Shown: positions 1 through 9,808, counted from the first letter of the stretch. The stretch: DNA of 64,000 nucleotides from Cyanophyceae cyanobacterium (GCA_038321985.1 JBBQFN010000004.1:295758-359757), one strand, 5' to 3'. Numbers and translations are program-made. The notes: a model not told the origin generated them from the letters alone.

Positions 1-48
1 CTGAAGGAACAAAAACTGACGTCCCAAGCCGTGAGAGGGGATGGAACC

Positions 49-1179
49 CTAGGGTTCTGGGGCAGTTTTGAGGGTAATTTTCCACTCTGTGAGACGGTTC
101 GCCAGTTGCAGGTTTTGGTCCTCGGGTCCGAGGGCGATCGCCAACTGGTCCGGGTTGATCAGAACTTCAGCCGATTGTGTCTCTACATCGAGGGCGATCG
201 CCCCGTCAACTAGGGCCGGAGATAAGGCGTTGGCAATGTAGGTAGCGGGGTCTTCGGACCAGGGAATCACTTCAATTTTTTCTCCCGGGATTTCCTGGGC
301 GATCGCATTGAGATGTTCGCCTAGCTTACCGATGCAAGCGGCAACTGGATCGATGTCCGGATCGAGAGAATGAACCGCAATTTTAGTCCGGGGGGCGATT
401 TCCGCTTTGGTTGGGATAGAATCCCGGGCGACTCCTTTAATTTCAACCGTCCCCTGTCCAATTTCGGGAACCCGATCGCTGAACAAACCGGAAACTAGAT
501 AGCTAGTCGCGCGGGAAACCCGCAGCATGGGTTTAGAACTCGGGCGATCGAAGACTTTTTTCAGATACACCTTAAATTCTGTACCCTCTTGATAGTCATC
601 GTTGGGTAACTTTTCATACTTAGGGAGTTCCGCTTCTACAATAGGATGACCCGGACCTCCGGTGACCCCGACGATCACCCCACGGGCATCGCTTTTGAGG
701 ACTTTGCCCATGAGAATGCTTCCTTTGCGGTCCCCAAATGTCTCTTGAATGTATTTACACTGCTGTTCCTGCAATTTTTGGGTGAGGACTGTCTTAGTTT
801 GCAAGGCGGCGAGACGACCGAAATCTCCTTGATTGGGAGTCACATCAACAATCACGCGATCGCCGAGTTTGACTTTTGCGCCCTTTTTGGTCGCTAAATC
901 TAGGGGAATTTCGCGATCGCTATCCTCCACCGTCTCCACTATCGTCTTCGTCGCAATCACCCGAAACCCTTCCGCTTTCAGGTCAAGTTTGACCGCAAAA
1001 TTCTCAAAGTAGTCTTCGGGAAAATCCTCATCGTTGCGGATTTGGGTCCGACGATAGCGCTCATATCCTTTAAGCAGTGCTGCTTTCAGCGCTGCTTGGA
1101 CCGCAAGCGGCGGTAAAGAGCGCTGTTGACTCATCGTGTCAAGCAGCGATCGGAGTCCAGGAAGACTGACCATTGACAT
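49..1179 (-). CDS. nusA: Transcription termination/antitermination factor NusA, divergent stand-alone paralog
   Basis: N-terminus MSMVSLPGL...ALLKGYERYRR is typical of cyanobacterial NusA, followed by S1 and two KH regions (PRTKIAVHSLDPDIDPVAACIG; IPWSEDPATYIANALSPA). SD AGGAGG at 1188-1193 favours the ATG at 1179 over the GTG at 1188. Confidence 0.9.
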   Translation of the reverse strand: MSMVSLPGLRSLLDTMSQQRSLPPLAVQAALKAALLKGYERYRRTQIRNDEDFPEDYFENFAVKLDLKAEGFRVIATKTIVETVEDSDREIPLDLATKKGAKVKLGDRVIVDVTPNQGDFGRLAALQTKTVLTQKLQEQQCKYIQETFGDRKGSILMGKVLKSDARGVIVGVTGGPGHPIVEAELPKYEKLPNDDYQEGTEFKVYLKKVFDRPSSKPMLRVSRATSYLVSGLFSDRVPEIGQGTVEIKGVARDSIPTKAEIAPRTKIAVHSLDPDIDPVAACIGKLGEHLNAIAQEIPGEKIEVIPWSEDPATYIANALSPALVDGAIALDVETQSAEVLINPDQLAIALGPEDQNLQLANRLTEWKITLKTAPEP

Positions 1180-1349
1180 TGAGAACACCTCCTACAACCC
1201 TGTTCCAAGTACCTTTGCGCTTAGGAAATCTTACCGGAAAACCTCCCACATTTTTAAAAGATTCCCTGGGGTTGAATTCACCACCCTAACCCAGCCCCAA
1301 GAGACAGGGTAAGGTTAGAGATTGGAAGTGAATTTAGGTTTACTGAATA

Positions 1350-1487
1350 TATAGCAATTTCCAGACTCATGACACACGGGCTACGCCGCACAGCGATCGC
1401 TTGACTCGGGTGCGGAGTGCGTAAAGCCTGGGCCCAGGCTTTACGCACTCCCAAAAATGTACTAGAGCAACTGTGGAAACTGCTATA
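1350..1487. mobile_element. MITE-like element, 138 bp, TATAGC-ended terminal inverted repeats, internal 38-bp perfect palindrome
   Basis: Left end TATAGCAATTTCCAGA versus reverse complement of right end TATAGCAGTTTCCACA (14/16 match). Perfect palindrome GGAGTGCGTAAAGCCTGGG|CCCAGGCTTTACGCACTCC at 1414-1451. Related element at 32807-32946. Confidence 0.8.
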
Positions 1488-1610
1488 TAGCTATTTGTAA
1501 AAGTGAGGAGGGGGAAAAGAAACAATAGCCCGTCGTAACTCCGAACCGGCAGAAATTACGGAAGTCGTGCCCTTGAAACTTCTCCCCTTTCTCCCCCACT
1601 TTTCCCTTTC

Positions 1611-3983
1611 TCACCCTTGGATGAAATCGCCGGTCGTAATAACCAGGTTGCGCGTCTTGGGATCAATGCCTTCAAGGAGAGCAATGACGACCGAGGTATC
1701 TTTCGCCAGCACGATTGTCGTGTCTGCGGGTGACTCTCCAATCGGTGCAGAAAGGAGTAACTCACTGACTTTTAGACCGCCACTGATAATGAACCTGTCC
1801 TGTCCATCCTCAAAATCCGTAATTGTGGTGGTAACTCCGGGGCGCAATACAAAGAAGTCCCTGCCTGCACCGCCTGTGTATAGCGCGACTTCGCCGGTAT
1901 TGCCATCGAGGGTATCGCTACCTTCCCCCCCTATTATGGTATCGTTGCCGATGCCACCTACGAGGAAATCTGATCCGGCATCCCCGGTGATGACGTCATC
2001 TCCATCTCCACCGACAATGATATCTTCGCCATCGCCGCCATTGAGAGTGTCATTCCCGGCTTCGCCTAATATACTATCGTTTCCCGCACCGCCATTGAGG
2101 ACATCGTTCCCGACACCCCCGAGGAGTGTATCTATACCGTCCCCGCCGTTGAGGGTATCATTTCCGGCTTCACCTAAAAGACTATCGTTATCCGCACCGC
2201 CATCGAGGAGATCATCCCCTTCTGCGGCCAAGAGGGTATCATTGCCTTCATCACCAAACAGGCTATCGTTGCCCCCCTCTCCAAATAAGATATCCTGGTC
2301 CTCACCCCCACGCATGAGGTCGTTGCCATCGCCGCCATAGAGGATATCGTCGGTTTCGTTCCCCAGGATGGTATCGTTTCCGATTCCTCCGAGTAAACTA
2401 TCGTTGTCTGCGCCTCCTTCTAGGAAGTCGTTGCCCTCATCACCTAAGAGGGTATCATTGCCGACTTGGCCGAGGATGGTATCATTCCCAGCTTCTCCAA
2501 TTAATAAGTCGTTTCCAATCTCGCCTAAGAGGGTATCGTTGCCTACTCCCCCAAAGAGGGTATCGTTTCCTAAATCCCCGGAGAGAAAATCATCGTCTGC
2601 TTCTCCAAATAGCAAATCCTCCCCTTTGCCGCCAAAGAGGGTATCGTTACCGAGACCACCGCGCAGGGTATCGCGGCCCTGATTACTATTGATAAAATCA
2701 TCCCCCTCTTGGCCGCTGAGTTGATCATTCCCTTCGCCGCCATAGATGCTGTCATTGCCGGTACCTCCAACGATGGTATCGTTACCGAGGTCCCCGAAGA
2801 GGAGATCCTCGTCGCCGTCGCCAAAGATTTGATCATCATCTTGGCCGCCATAGGCGGTATCGGCACCGTCACCTCCAGCGATCGTATCGTTACCTTGATT
2901 GCCGAACAGGAGATCGTTTCCATCGTTACCAAAGACTGTATCGTTGCCTTCAGCGCCCAGGACCTGATCGTTGCCATCGCCCCCAAAGAGCTGATCGTTC
3001 CCTTTATCCCCGGACAGGAGGTCCTCCCCACTTTCACCATAGAGGGTATCGTCATCTTGGCCTCCGTAGAGGGTATCGTTGGCGCTACCGCCGTTGAGGA
3101 TGTCATTGCCTAGGTTGCCAAAGAGAATGTCGTTACCGGCTTCGCCGATCACATTATCTTCACCGCCTCCGGCATAGACGAGATCATCGCCGTCACCCCC
3201 AGCGATGGTGTCGTTGTTGATACCGCCACCGATCAGGTCGTTACCGTTCCCGCCTTCAAACAGATTGAACCCTGACTCACTCGTGAGGGTATCGTTGCCG
3301 TCATCTCCGGAGAGAAAATCGTTTCCGGACCCTGCATCCAGAAAATCCTCCCCTAGACCTCCGAAGAGAGTATCGTTCCCTTCTTCACCAAAGAGTTGAT
3401 CGTTTCCTTCGTTCCCAAAGAGAATATCCTCCCCACCTCGGCCAAAGATTTGGTCGTTCCCGGCATTGCCAAAAATCGTGTCGTTGCCAATGGAGCCAAA
3501 GATGGTATCGTCCCCGACGCTACCTTGAAGGGCGTTGGGGAAATTGAATCCCACGATATTACTGCCAGTAGCACGGGCGGCAACGACTAAACTCCAGTAA
3601 TGGTTGGCATTAAAGGTGCCGGTATCGTTTTCTAGGAAGAAATAGCCAACACCGATATTATCAACTCCGGGTTTGAGGAGGGTGTCTCGCTGTCCGGGAT
3701 CGTTGAACCAGCTTTCGACAACTTGCTCTGGACTGGGAAGTGCAGTAGCGATATTCTCCTGAAAGTTATTAAAACGATATCCGACTGCTGCTAAACGACT
3801 GACTGTTGTGGAGCCATCAGACCCGGTGAGGCTGAAAAAATCATTTTCCGCCATATCCTCGGCATGGATTTGGGCGGCTCGATTCAACTGAGAATCAAGG
3901 GCCACAGGGGGCAAATTGGCGAGGGCGCGTCGTTGATTGACCAGCGCTACAACCTGGTTGATAAATTCAGAGTTGGTTGTCAT
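1611..3983 (-). CDS. CAP (SCP/PR-1) domain protein with a long RTX/hemolysin-type Ca2+-binding repeat tract
   Basis: N-terminal CAP-like segment (VVALVNQRR...LNRAAQIHAEDMA...ENIA...NIGVGY) followed by dozens of GGxGxDxLx nonapeptides. C-terminus TITDFEDGQDR is typical of type I-secreted RTX proteins. Confidence 0.9.
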   Translation of the reverse strand: MTTNSEFINQVVALVNQRRALANLPPVALDSQLNRAAQIHAEDMAENDFFSLTGSDGSTTVSRLAAVGYRFNNFQENIATALPSPEQVVESWFNDPGQRDTLLKPGVDNIGVGYFFLENDTGTFNANHYWSLVVAARATGSNIVGFNFPNALQGSVGDDTIFGSIGNDTIFGNAGNDQIFGRGGEDILFGNEGNDQLFGEEGNDTLFGGLGEDFLDAGSGNDFLSGDDGNDTLTSESGFNLFEGGNGNDLIGGGINNDTIAGGDGDDLVYAGGGEDNVIGEAGNDILFGNLGNDILNGGSANDTLYGGQDDDTLYGESGEDLLSGDKGNDQLFGGDGNDQVLGAEGNDTVFGNDGNDLLFGNQGNDTIAGGDGADTAYGGQDDDQIFGDGDEDLLFGDLGNDTIVGGTGNDSIYGGEGNDQLSGQEGDDFINSNQGRDTLRGGLGNDTLFGGKGEDLLFGEADDDFLSGDLGNDTLFGGVGNDTLLGEIGNDLLIGEAGNDTILGQVGNDTLLGDEGNDFLEGGADNDSLLGGIGNDTILGNETDDILYGGDGNDLMRGGEDQDILFGEGGNDSLFGDEGNDTLLAAEGDDLLDGGADNDSLLGEAGNDTLNGGDGIDTLLGGVGNDVLNGGAGNDSILGEAGNDTLNGGDGEDIIVGGDGDDVITGDAGSDFLVGGIGNDTIIGGEGSDTLDGNTGEVALYTGGAGRDFFVLRPGVTTTITDFEDGQDRFIISGGLKVSELLLSAPIGESPADTTIVLAKDTSVVIALLEGIDPKTRNLVITTGDFIQG

Positions 3984-4085
3984 TTCATTTTTCTCCTTTG
4001 GGCGTGCTTGCCTTATGATCCATCAAATCATAATGGCGCGTTTTCTATAGAAATGCCAAAGGAAAATAGCCGAGGCGACGCGGTT

Positions 4086-5732
4086 CTAAAACGAGCTACA
4101 AAGTAGGCACTCGGGGGGTACCTCCTGGAGCAAACGGGCTGTTGCTAGGGTTTCTAATTGGTCCAAGAGTCGGAAGTCAATGGGTACATTTGCCAAAATT
4201 TCATGTTTAAGATCCCCCCATTTTTTGCCCGATAGGGTTCGGTATCGAACGAGGCAGTCGGGGATTTCTTTTGAGATTAACACGCGGGGGCAGTCAAGTT
4301 GTCCTAATAATCGGGCTTGGCGATAGTGGGGCGATCGCATGAGTGCACGATCTAGGCATTGAGCGATCGCCTCGGGTGACTCCGGGGCCTCATCTAGTAA
4401 CAAGAGATAATGGGCGATAGGTTGGGTAACGGGTACTAGGCTTTTGAAAAAGGTGTTCTCTAGGGATAAGTCTTCGAGGACGGTTTTTACAAAGGCTTCG
4501 GATAATTTTTCTCCGACCAAATCGCTGGTGCTGCGATCGCGGCCCAGAAATTCTAAACAAGGGGTTTGATGATAAAAATGGCTGACTCGAACGCGATCGC
4601 CAATTCGATATCGATACAGCCCCCCTTTTTGAGAAATAATCAGTGTATATTCTTCCCCCAGTTTAATTTCATGAAGTTTATGAATTTGCTTTGTATCATC
4701 CTCAAATTCAAAAAATACTTCAGTGATCAGGGGAACAAATCCTTTGGCAGCAATTAAGGGAATAGTCATCGGCGCTTCAGTTGCCAGGAGTCCTTTCCCC
4801 TGGACCATGACTCCCGGAAATAATTTTCGCAGAAATTCGGCCTGTTCCCAAGAGTGACTGCTATCCCAACAAGAAATTAGTTTAAGTTTCGGCCAAATTT
4901 GGGTCCAGAGAATGGGCGATTTTTTCAAAAGTTTAATGCGATCGTCCGAAATTTTATTCCCTAGTTTCTCTAAAAGCGTCTGACGATTGCTTCCAATATA
5001 ATCTAACAGCACTTTAAGGAAGCTCGGACTCCAAATAGAAATAATTTCTAATTGGTCCTCTCGTAACAGTTCCAGACTTAACTGCTCTTTAAATTCATCT
5101 GGATCTTGCAGGCTTTTCAGTCGGGGGGGTGCGACTAAAACCAAGCTCAAAACTGCCCGTAGCCATCCATTTAAATACTCGGAGTCATCGGCAAGTCCGC
5201 TAGTTATCTCCGTGGGGGCTTCGGGGTCTTTCAGTTGAGGAGAAATGCAGAAATAAAATTTCCCAGTTTCAAATTTGGGTCCATTTTGAATTAAATCATA
5301 TACCCAGATACAAAACATGGAGTTAAAGCTGGCCAGAAGAGATTTAGTATAGGGAATCAATTTCGCTGGTCCCCGACTCCCAGAGGTTTTTTCGTAAAAC
5401 AAAATCGGTTCAGGGGTGAGGGACTTTCCCGGCAATTCTGTATTTTTATCGGGTTCTCCTATTTTTTCTTCGGATTCCAGATTGCTGGGTTTAATCCAGT
5501 CTTGAATCTCCTCATAATCTACCACGGGGATGCTATTCCAGAATTCATCTAACGAAGAGTTTGGAGGTGGAGTGATGGAAAGAGATTTGCCATAATCACT
5601 GGCTAGAAAATTTCTATAAATTTCTCGTTGTAGAGAGGCCTGAGACCGTTGAGGTCTCTTTAGTAGGATGAAAAATTTATTGGCATAGATTCCGATTAAA
5701 AAAGCAAATAATTTAATAATAGAACGCATCAT
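4086..5732 (-). CDS. GH3 family acyl-adenylate/amido synthetase-like protein
   Basis: GH3 motifs YEKTSGSRGPAKLIPYT, GLLATEA, GGLYRYRIGDRV and FLGR...DLVGEKLSE. Confidence 0.88.
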   Translation of the reverse strand: MMRSIIKLFAFLIGIYANKFFILLKRPQRSQASLQREIYRNFLASDYGKSLSITPPPNSSLDEFWNSIPVVDYEEIQDWIKPSNLESEEKIGEPDKNTELPGKSLTPEPILFYEKTSGSRGPAKLIPYTKSLLASFNSMFCIWVYDLIQNGPKFETGKFYFCISPQLKDPEAPTEITSGLADDSEYLNGWLRAVLSLVLVAPPRLKSLQDPDEFKEQLSLELLREDQLEIISIWSPSFLKVLLDYIGSNRQTLLEKLGNKISDDRIKLLKKSPILWTQIWPKLKLISCWDSSHSWEQAEFLRKLFPGVMVQGKGLLATEAPMTIPLIAAKGFVPLITEVFFEFEDDTKQIHKLHEIKLGEEYTLIISQKGGLYRYRIGDRVRVSHFYHQTPCLEFLGRDRSTSDLVGEKLSEAFVKTVLEDLSLENTFFKSLVPVTQPIAHYLLLLDEAPESPEAIAQCLDRALMRSPHYRQARLLGQLDCPRVLISKEIPDCLVRYRTLSGKKWGDLKHEILANVPIDFRLLDQLETLATARLLQEVPPECLLCSSF

Positions 5733-5936
5733 GTTGATTGGAGTATCATCAAAGGGATAGTAAGCTAAAAAAGGAGAAAATCAAGCGTAAATTTGAGTTA
5801 CGTCTGAGGGAAAGATGCCCCGATTTGCCAAAAGGCGACTGCCATTTTTAGCAAAGATAAAGTTTTAAGGGGCAAATCTAGCATTGCCTAACTTTTCTTA
5901 CAGCATGAGGCCGCTAAAATCCGCCTTTTTTGTAAT

Positions 5937-6560
5937 TTATTTGGGGTAATTAGGGTTAACTTTAGTATTGGGGTAAAGATGGGTTGCAATGGGAAGATAA
6001 GCACCATCGGCAACGGTTACTCCAGGACCTAGATGAGTCCCGGATCCAAGAAACACATCATTGCCAATTTTTACGGATTTTATATACAGCATCAAATTGT
6101 TATGTTTTGGCTTAATAACATGACTATAAATTCCCACGCGATGACCGACAATGGCGCGATCGCCAATTTCAATTAAGCTGCGATCAGCAATTTCTAAATT
6201 GGGTAACCAGTAAATCCCCCGCCCAATTTTTGCCCCCCACAATCTCAACCACAGGGAAAATGCGCCAGGAATTAACCGCAATCCGGATTCGAGGGCAGGA
6301 AAGGTAATATAAATCGCCTGAATTTGATGGCTTCCCCACCAGGGAGAATAATCGGGACTTTTTAAGTAATAAATTCCTTCTTTCACCGGATAAAAATAGT
6401 CGTGGATTCGATAAATTAGCAGGGGAAACCCATAAATAACAAATAACAAAACCAAAAGGGTTAACAATCCGGGAGAGAGGCAAAACCAGAAAAAAGATGC
6501 CACTATCAGTCCCATCACAATCGCTGGAAAAAAAGATAAAATGAAACTCAGAAAAGTCAT
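5937..6560 (-). CDS. Membrane-anchored left-handed beta-helix (hexapeptide repeat) acyltransferase
   Basis: Two N-terminal hydrophobic helices, WLRLWGAKIGRG, and hexapeptide repeats LIEIGDRAIVG and VKIGNDVFLGSGTHLGPGVTVADGA. Confidence 0.8.
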   Translation of the reverse strand: MTFLSFILSFFPAIVMGLIVASFFWFCLSPGLLTLLVLLFVIYGFPLLIYRIHDYFYPVKEGIYYLKSPDYSPWWGSHQIQAIYITFPALESGLRLIPGAFSLWLRLWGAKIGRGIYWLPNLEIADRSLIEIGDRAIVGHRVGIYSHVIKPKHNNLMLYIKSVKIGNDVFLGSGTHLGPGVTVADGAYLPIATHLYPNTKVNPNYPK

Positions 6561-6602
6561 AAAGTTTTAGGTTGACACTCAAAATAGGCTTAAGAATCTA
6601 GG

Positions 6603-7328
6603 TTAAAACGGCCAAATTAACTTTTGAGTCAACGTTAAAATGCTAGGAATTCCCAGAGAATTAGGTGCAGTTTCACTGTTATAATAAGTGCCATGTAATC
6701 GGTCCCAGAGTTTTAAATTTGCCCCATAATTAACTCCAGCACAATCCCTAGCATGATGCCATGCATGATCCATGGGCAAAATTAACCCCGGGGAGAGAAG
6801 GCGATACCAGATTGTTCCCGGTAAAGGTTCGATTTCGCTATGCCGCCATAAATCTAACATGGAGGTAAGACTAACTCCCAGGATATAAGCCGTTGGGTCC
6901 TGAAGAAGATAGATAAAAAGAGCATGAATCCATAGATAAATAATAAAAAAACTGGTCCATAAGGTATTGCGAGAAGTACCCAAAACTTGCCGTTCGGTCA
7001 TGGTATGGTGAACGAGGTGCAACTGCCAAAACCATCGACTATGGAGAAGGCGGTGATTCCAGTAATAGAGGTAATCCACCCCCACAAAACTCAGGCAAAA
7101 GGCGAGGATGGGATGTAAGTTCAGAATACCCTGATTGCCAGGTAGCCAATGTTGGTAAACTTGATAAATTAAAACAATTTGAAGGGCTGGAATTAAAATT
7201 CCTTGAAAACATAAGCCAATTCCATCTAAAATCCAGTCTTCCTGAGATTTAGCTTTTAAAGCAGCTAACTGATGAGTTCGGGTAACCGTCAGAACTACAA
7301 GCGTCACAAAAGTGATAAAAATTGCCAT
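6603..7328 (-). CDS. Sterol desaturase / fatty-acid hydroxylase superfamily membrane diiron enzyme
   Basis: His boxes YWNHRLLH, HLVHH and HAWHH, the NYG...WDRLHGT motif, and hydrophobic segments. Confidence 0.9.
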   Translation of the reverse strand: MAIFITFVTLVVLTVTRTHQLAALKAKSQEDWILDGIGLCFQGILIPALQIVLIYQVYQHWLPGNQGILNLHPILAFCLSFVGVDYLYYWNHRLLHSRWFWQLHLVHHTMTERQVLGTSRNTLWTSFFIIYLWIHALFIYLLQDPTAYILGVSLTSMLDLWRHSEIEPLPGTIWYRLLSPGLILPMDHAWHHARDCAGVNYGANLKLWDRLHGTYYNSETAPNSLGIPSILTLTQKLIWPF

Positions 7329-7358
7329 AACTTCCCTTATAAGCTGGATAAAAATATC

Positions 7359-8384
7359 TTAAACCCAAAAGCTAACCGTCACGGATTTATCAGGAAGCGA
7401 TCGCGGGTCTTCTCCGGCAGCGATCGCCTTGCGAATGGACTCAACAAATACATGAATTGTATCTGCTGGAGTATTAGCAAACTGAGTGCCGTATTTATCA
7501 ATCACCTCTTGCTGAATGGCTAAAATTTCTACATCTTGCTTAATAATATGTTGGGCAGTCCAGCGCACAAATGGACGAGCAATTTTATTCCAAATTCCAT
7601 AGTTAAAGGTGACATCGGTATAAACTAAGGTCGAATCTTCTGCTTCTGGGATTGACTGACTGGTAATAAAAAACCGGCGGTTTTCTCCGAAGTTATATTC
7701 CACGCTGGTTACGTTGGGCATGGAAAAGCGATCGCTGTGGTAAATTTCCCCACCTTGGGGGTTTAAAAACCGCGAATACCATCCCAAATTGGTCGTTTCA
7801 TTGCGATAGGTGATAAACACCGATCCATCCCGTCTTTCTACAGTCATTTCTAACTGTTTTTGCTGCGGTTTGCGAAAAACACCAGGATGCACTGAGGCGG
7901 TGTGAGGAATATCAATAAAATTTTCCGTACAGTTAGTAACATTGTTCCGAAAACGGTTAATCACGCGCACCGTTTCCCATCCCGGTTTTCCATAGTAAGG
8001 CATCGGAAATGGGTCAAGATTGAGACTCGGATTCTCAGCTAATCTGACATAAATATAGCCCTCTTTTTCTTGAGTTGCGTAAGAATAGGTCCTGCGAGAG
8101 GCGACTGCTTTAAACTGTTTTCCTTCCGCAGGAACTGCCACCACTTGACCCGATTTATCGTAAACCCATCCATGATAGGGACAGTGCAGAGTCCCTTCGC
8201 AGACTTTCCCCCGAGAGAGACGACTATTGCGGTGCATACAGCGATCGCGTAGGGCCACTACTTCGCCCATTTCATCCCGAAAAATTGCCAACCATTCCCC
8301 TAAAATTGTGCGAGATAGAACAGTTTTGGGTTTCAGTTGGTTACTCAGGGCGACGACATACCAAAACGCTTCAAATCCCATCAT
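7359..8384 (-). CDS. Rieske non-heme iron oxygenase (no. 3)
   Basis: Rieske motif CMHR...CPYHGW and mononuclear Fe motif ENFIDIPHTASVH. Confidence 0.92.
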   Translation of the reverse strand: MMGFEAFWYVVALSNQLKPKTVLSRTILGEWLAIFRDEMGEVVALRDRCMHRNSRLSRGKVCEGTLHCPYHGWVYDKSGQVVAVPAEGKQFKAVASRRTYSYATQEKEGYIYVRLAENPSLNLDPFPMPYYGKPGWETVRVINRFRNNVTNCTENFIDIPHTASVHPGVFRKPQQKQLEMTVERRDGSVFITYRNETTNLGWYSRFLNPQGGEIYHSDRFSMPNVTSVEYNFGENRRFFITSQSIPEAEDSTLVYTDVTFNYGIWNKIARPFVRWTAQHIIKQDVEILAIQQEVIDKYGTQFANTPADTIHVFVESIRKAIAAGEDPRSLPDKSVTVSFWV

Positions 8385-8674
8385 TATTCTTCTTTATAGG
8401 GGGTGATCGCGATATCGTTTGTCAAATCCACCTGACAAGCTAACCGCACTTGCGTATTTGCCGGCGCTAACAGTTCTAAAACCTCTTGTTCCTCTGGGGT
8501 AGGAGGGGAAATTTCTCCCTCAATAAGGGAGATACAAGTGCCACAAATTCCAGTTCGACATCCAAATAAAATCGGCGAGTTTTGCACAGTTAAGTGATTA
8601 GCAAGATTTTCATGGCGAGGTAAAGCAAGGGGAGGATAATTGGTGCTAGGAAATGTAACAATACAGGGTTTCAT
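8384..8674 (-). CDS. 2Fe-2S ferredoxin
   Basis: CRTGICGTC...RLACQ. Its stop codon overlaps the start of the downstream Rieske gene. Confidence 0.9.
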   Translation of the reverse strand: MKPCIVTFPSTNYPPLALPRHENLANHLTVQNSPILFGCRTGICGTCISLIEGEISPPTPEEQEVLELLAPANTQVRLACQVDLTNDIAITPYKEE

Positions 8675-8720
8675 CGCTATTACCTAACGGAGGTTATCTG
8701 AAATGAATTAAATCAGGCTT

Positions 8721-9779
8721 TCACTCAACTTCGTTTTTAACTCTGACTTTTGACCAGACGGAAGGTTTTAGACGTTCCACATATTTCATATATTCTAATA
8801 AGGGTCTATCAATGCTCAGTAAAGCATTAGGATTGTATCGAATATTATCATAAATTTTTCCATCTTCTCCTTTTAAAAATAAAAAAAGCATTTTTGTACA
8901 AATTAATAAAAATTGCGTCATCAATCCGCCAAAAATTCCGGGGCGGTGGGCAGCAACATAAATATTTTGAATCCGAATTTTTCCCGGTTCAATAGGAATA
9001 TAAGCATAAATCATGTGTAAAGGAGGAATACGCTTGACATTCTTCATCGTTGTTAAGAGCCCTAGGCAAGCGTTTTGATATCGCATGGTATAAGCATAAT
9101 TTTCCCCTAGAAATTTCCGCGCCATTCTTTCGCGCAGAGTGGTATTAGGAAATTCTCCACTTAAAGTGAAATCCAGGAGGCTGCCGGATTCATTTTCTTG
9201 TAAAGTTAGCTTCATATTGATATTAATCTTATGCACAGTTTGAAGATGTTGGGCATCAATGCCATTCATCATACAAATGTGATGATGACAGGTGCGTTCA
9301 AAAGAGCGATCGCTAACGGCTATGATAGTTTTCCCCTTAAGTTCATCGAATTCTGCTACCCCTTCCGGTGCCGTTGCATCTGGATAAACCCAAATCATTC
9401 CATATTTTTCGTCGGTGGCATAAGATTGTAATCGGGCTTTTTCAGGAATCAGAGATTGACAGGGAATCTCCTGGCAAGTTCCTTCCCCGTCAAAAGCCCA
9501 ATGATGAAAAAAACAGCGAATCATATTACCATCAACCTGCCCAATTCCTAAATCAGTTCCGAGATGAGGGCAATAGGCATCTAAGGCACGGACTTTGCCA
9601 TCTTTACCGCGAAAAATAACAATCCTTTGCCCGCACAATTCCAAAGACTTAGGTTTACCACCTGGGGAAAGTTCGGGGCTGGGACAAGCAAGATACCATC
9701 CTTTAGCCACTACATCCCAATTGTTAAAGATTTGCATCTCGATCTGGGGTTGGGTGTTTTGATTTTGCCTAGAATTCAT
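8721..9779 (-). CDS. Rieske non-heme iron oxygenase (no. 2)
   Basis: CPHLGTDL...CFFHHW and NGIDAQHLQTVH. Confidence 0.92.
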   Translation of the reverse strand: MNSRQNQNTQPQIEMQIFNNWDVVAKGWYLACPSPELSPGGKPKSLELCGQRIVIFRGKDGKVRALDAYCPHLGTDLGIGQVDGNMIRCFFHHWAFDGEGTCQEIPCQSLIPEKARLQSYATDEKYGMIWVYPDATAPEGVAEFDELKGKTIIAVSDRSFERTCHHHICMMNGIDAQHLQTVHKININMKLTLQENESGSLLDFTLSGEFPNTTLRERMARKFLGENYAYTMRYQNACLGLLTTMKNVKRIPPLHMIYAYIPIEPGKIRIQNIYVAAHRPGIFGGLMTQFLLICTKMLFLFLKGEDGKIYDNIRYNPNALLSIDRPLLEYMKYVERLKPSVWSKVRVKNEVE

Positions 9780-9808
9780 GTTATATTAATAGGGAAAATA
9801 GAGGGGAT

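Noticed and set aside
1567..3590. Long plus-strand and alternate-frame ORFs (1567-2340, 2368-2682, 2570-3106, 2709-3113 and others) with S/P-rich repeats
   Set aside because: Shadows of the RTX nonapeptide codons. No independent coding signal.
1611..3983. RTX protein as a CylK/BrtB-type alkylating enzyme
   Set aside because: It has only a CAP domain and RTX repeats, with no beta-propeller catalytic region.
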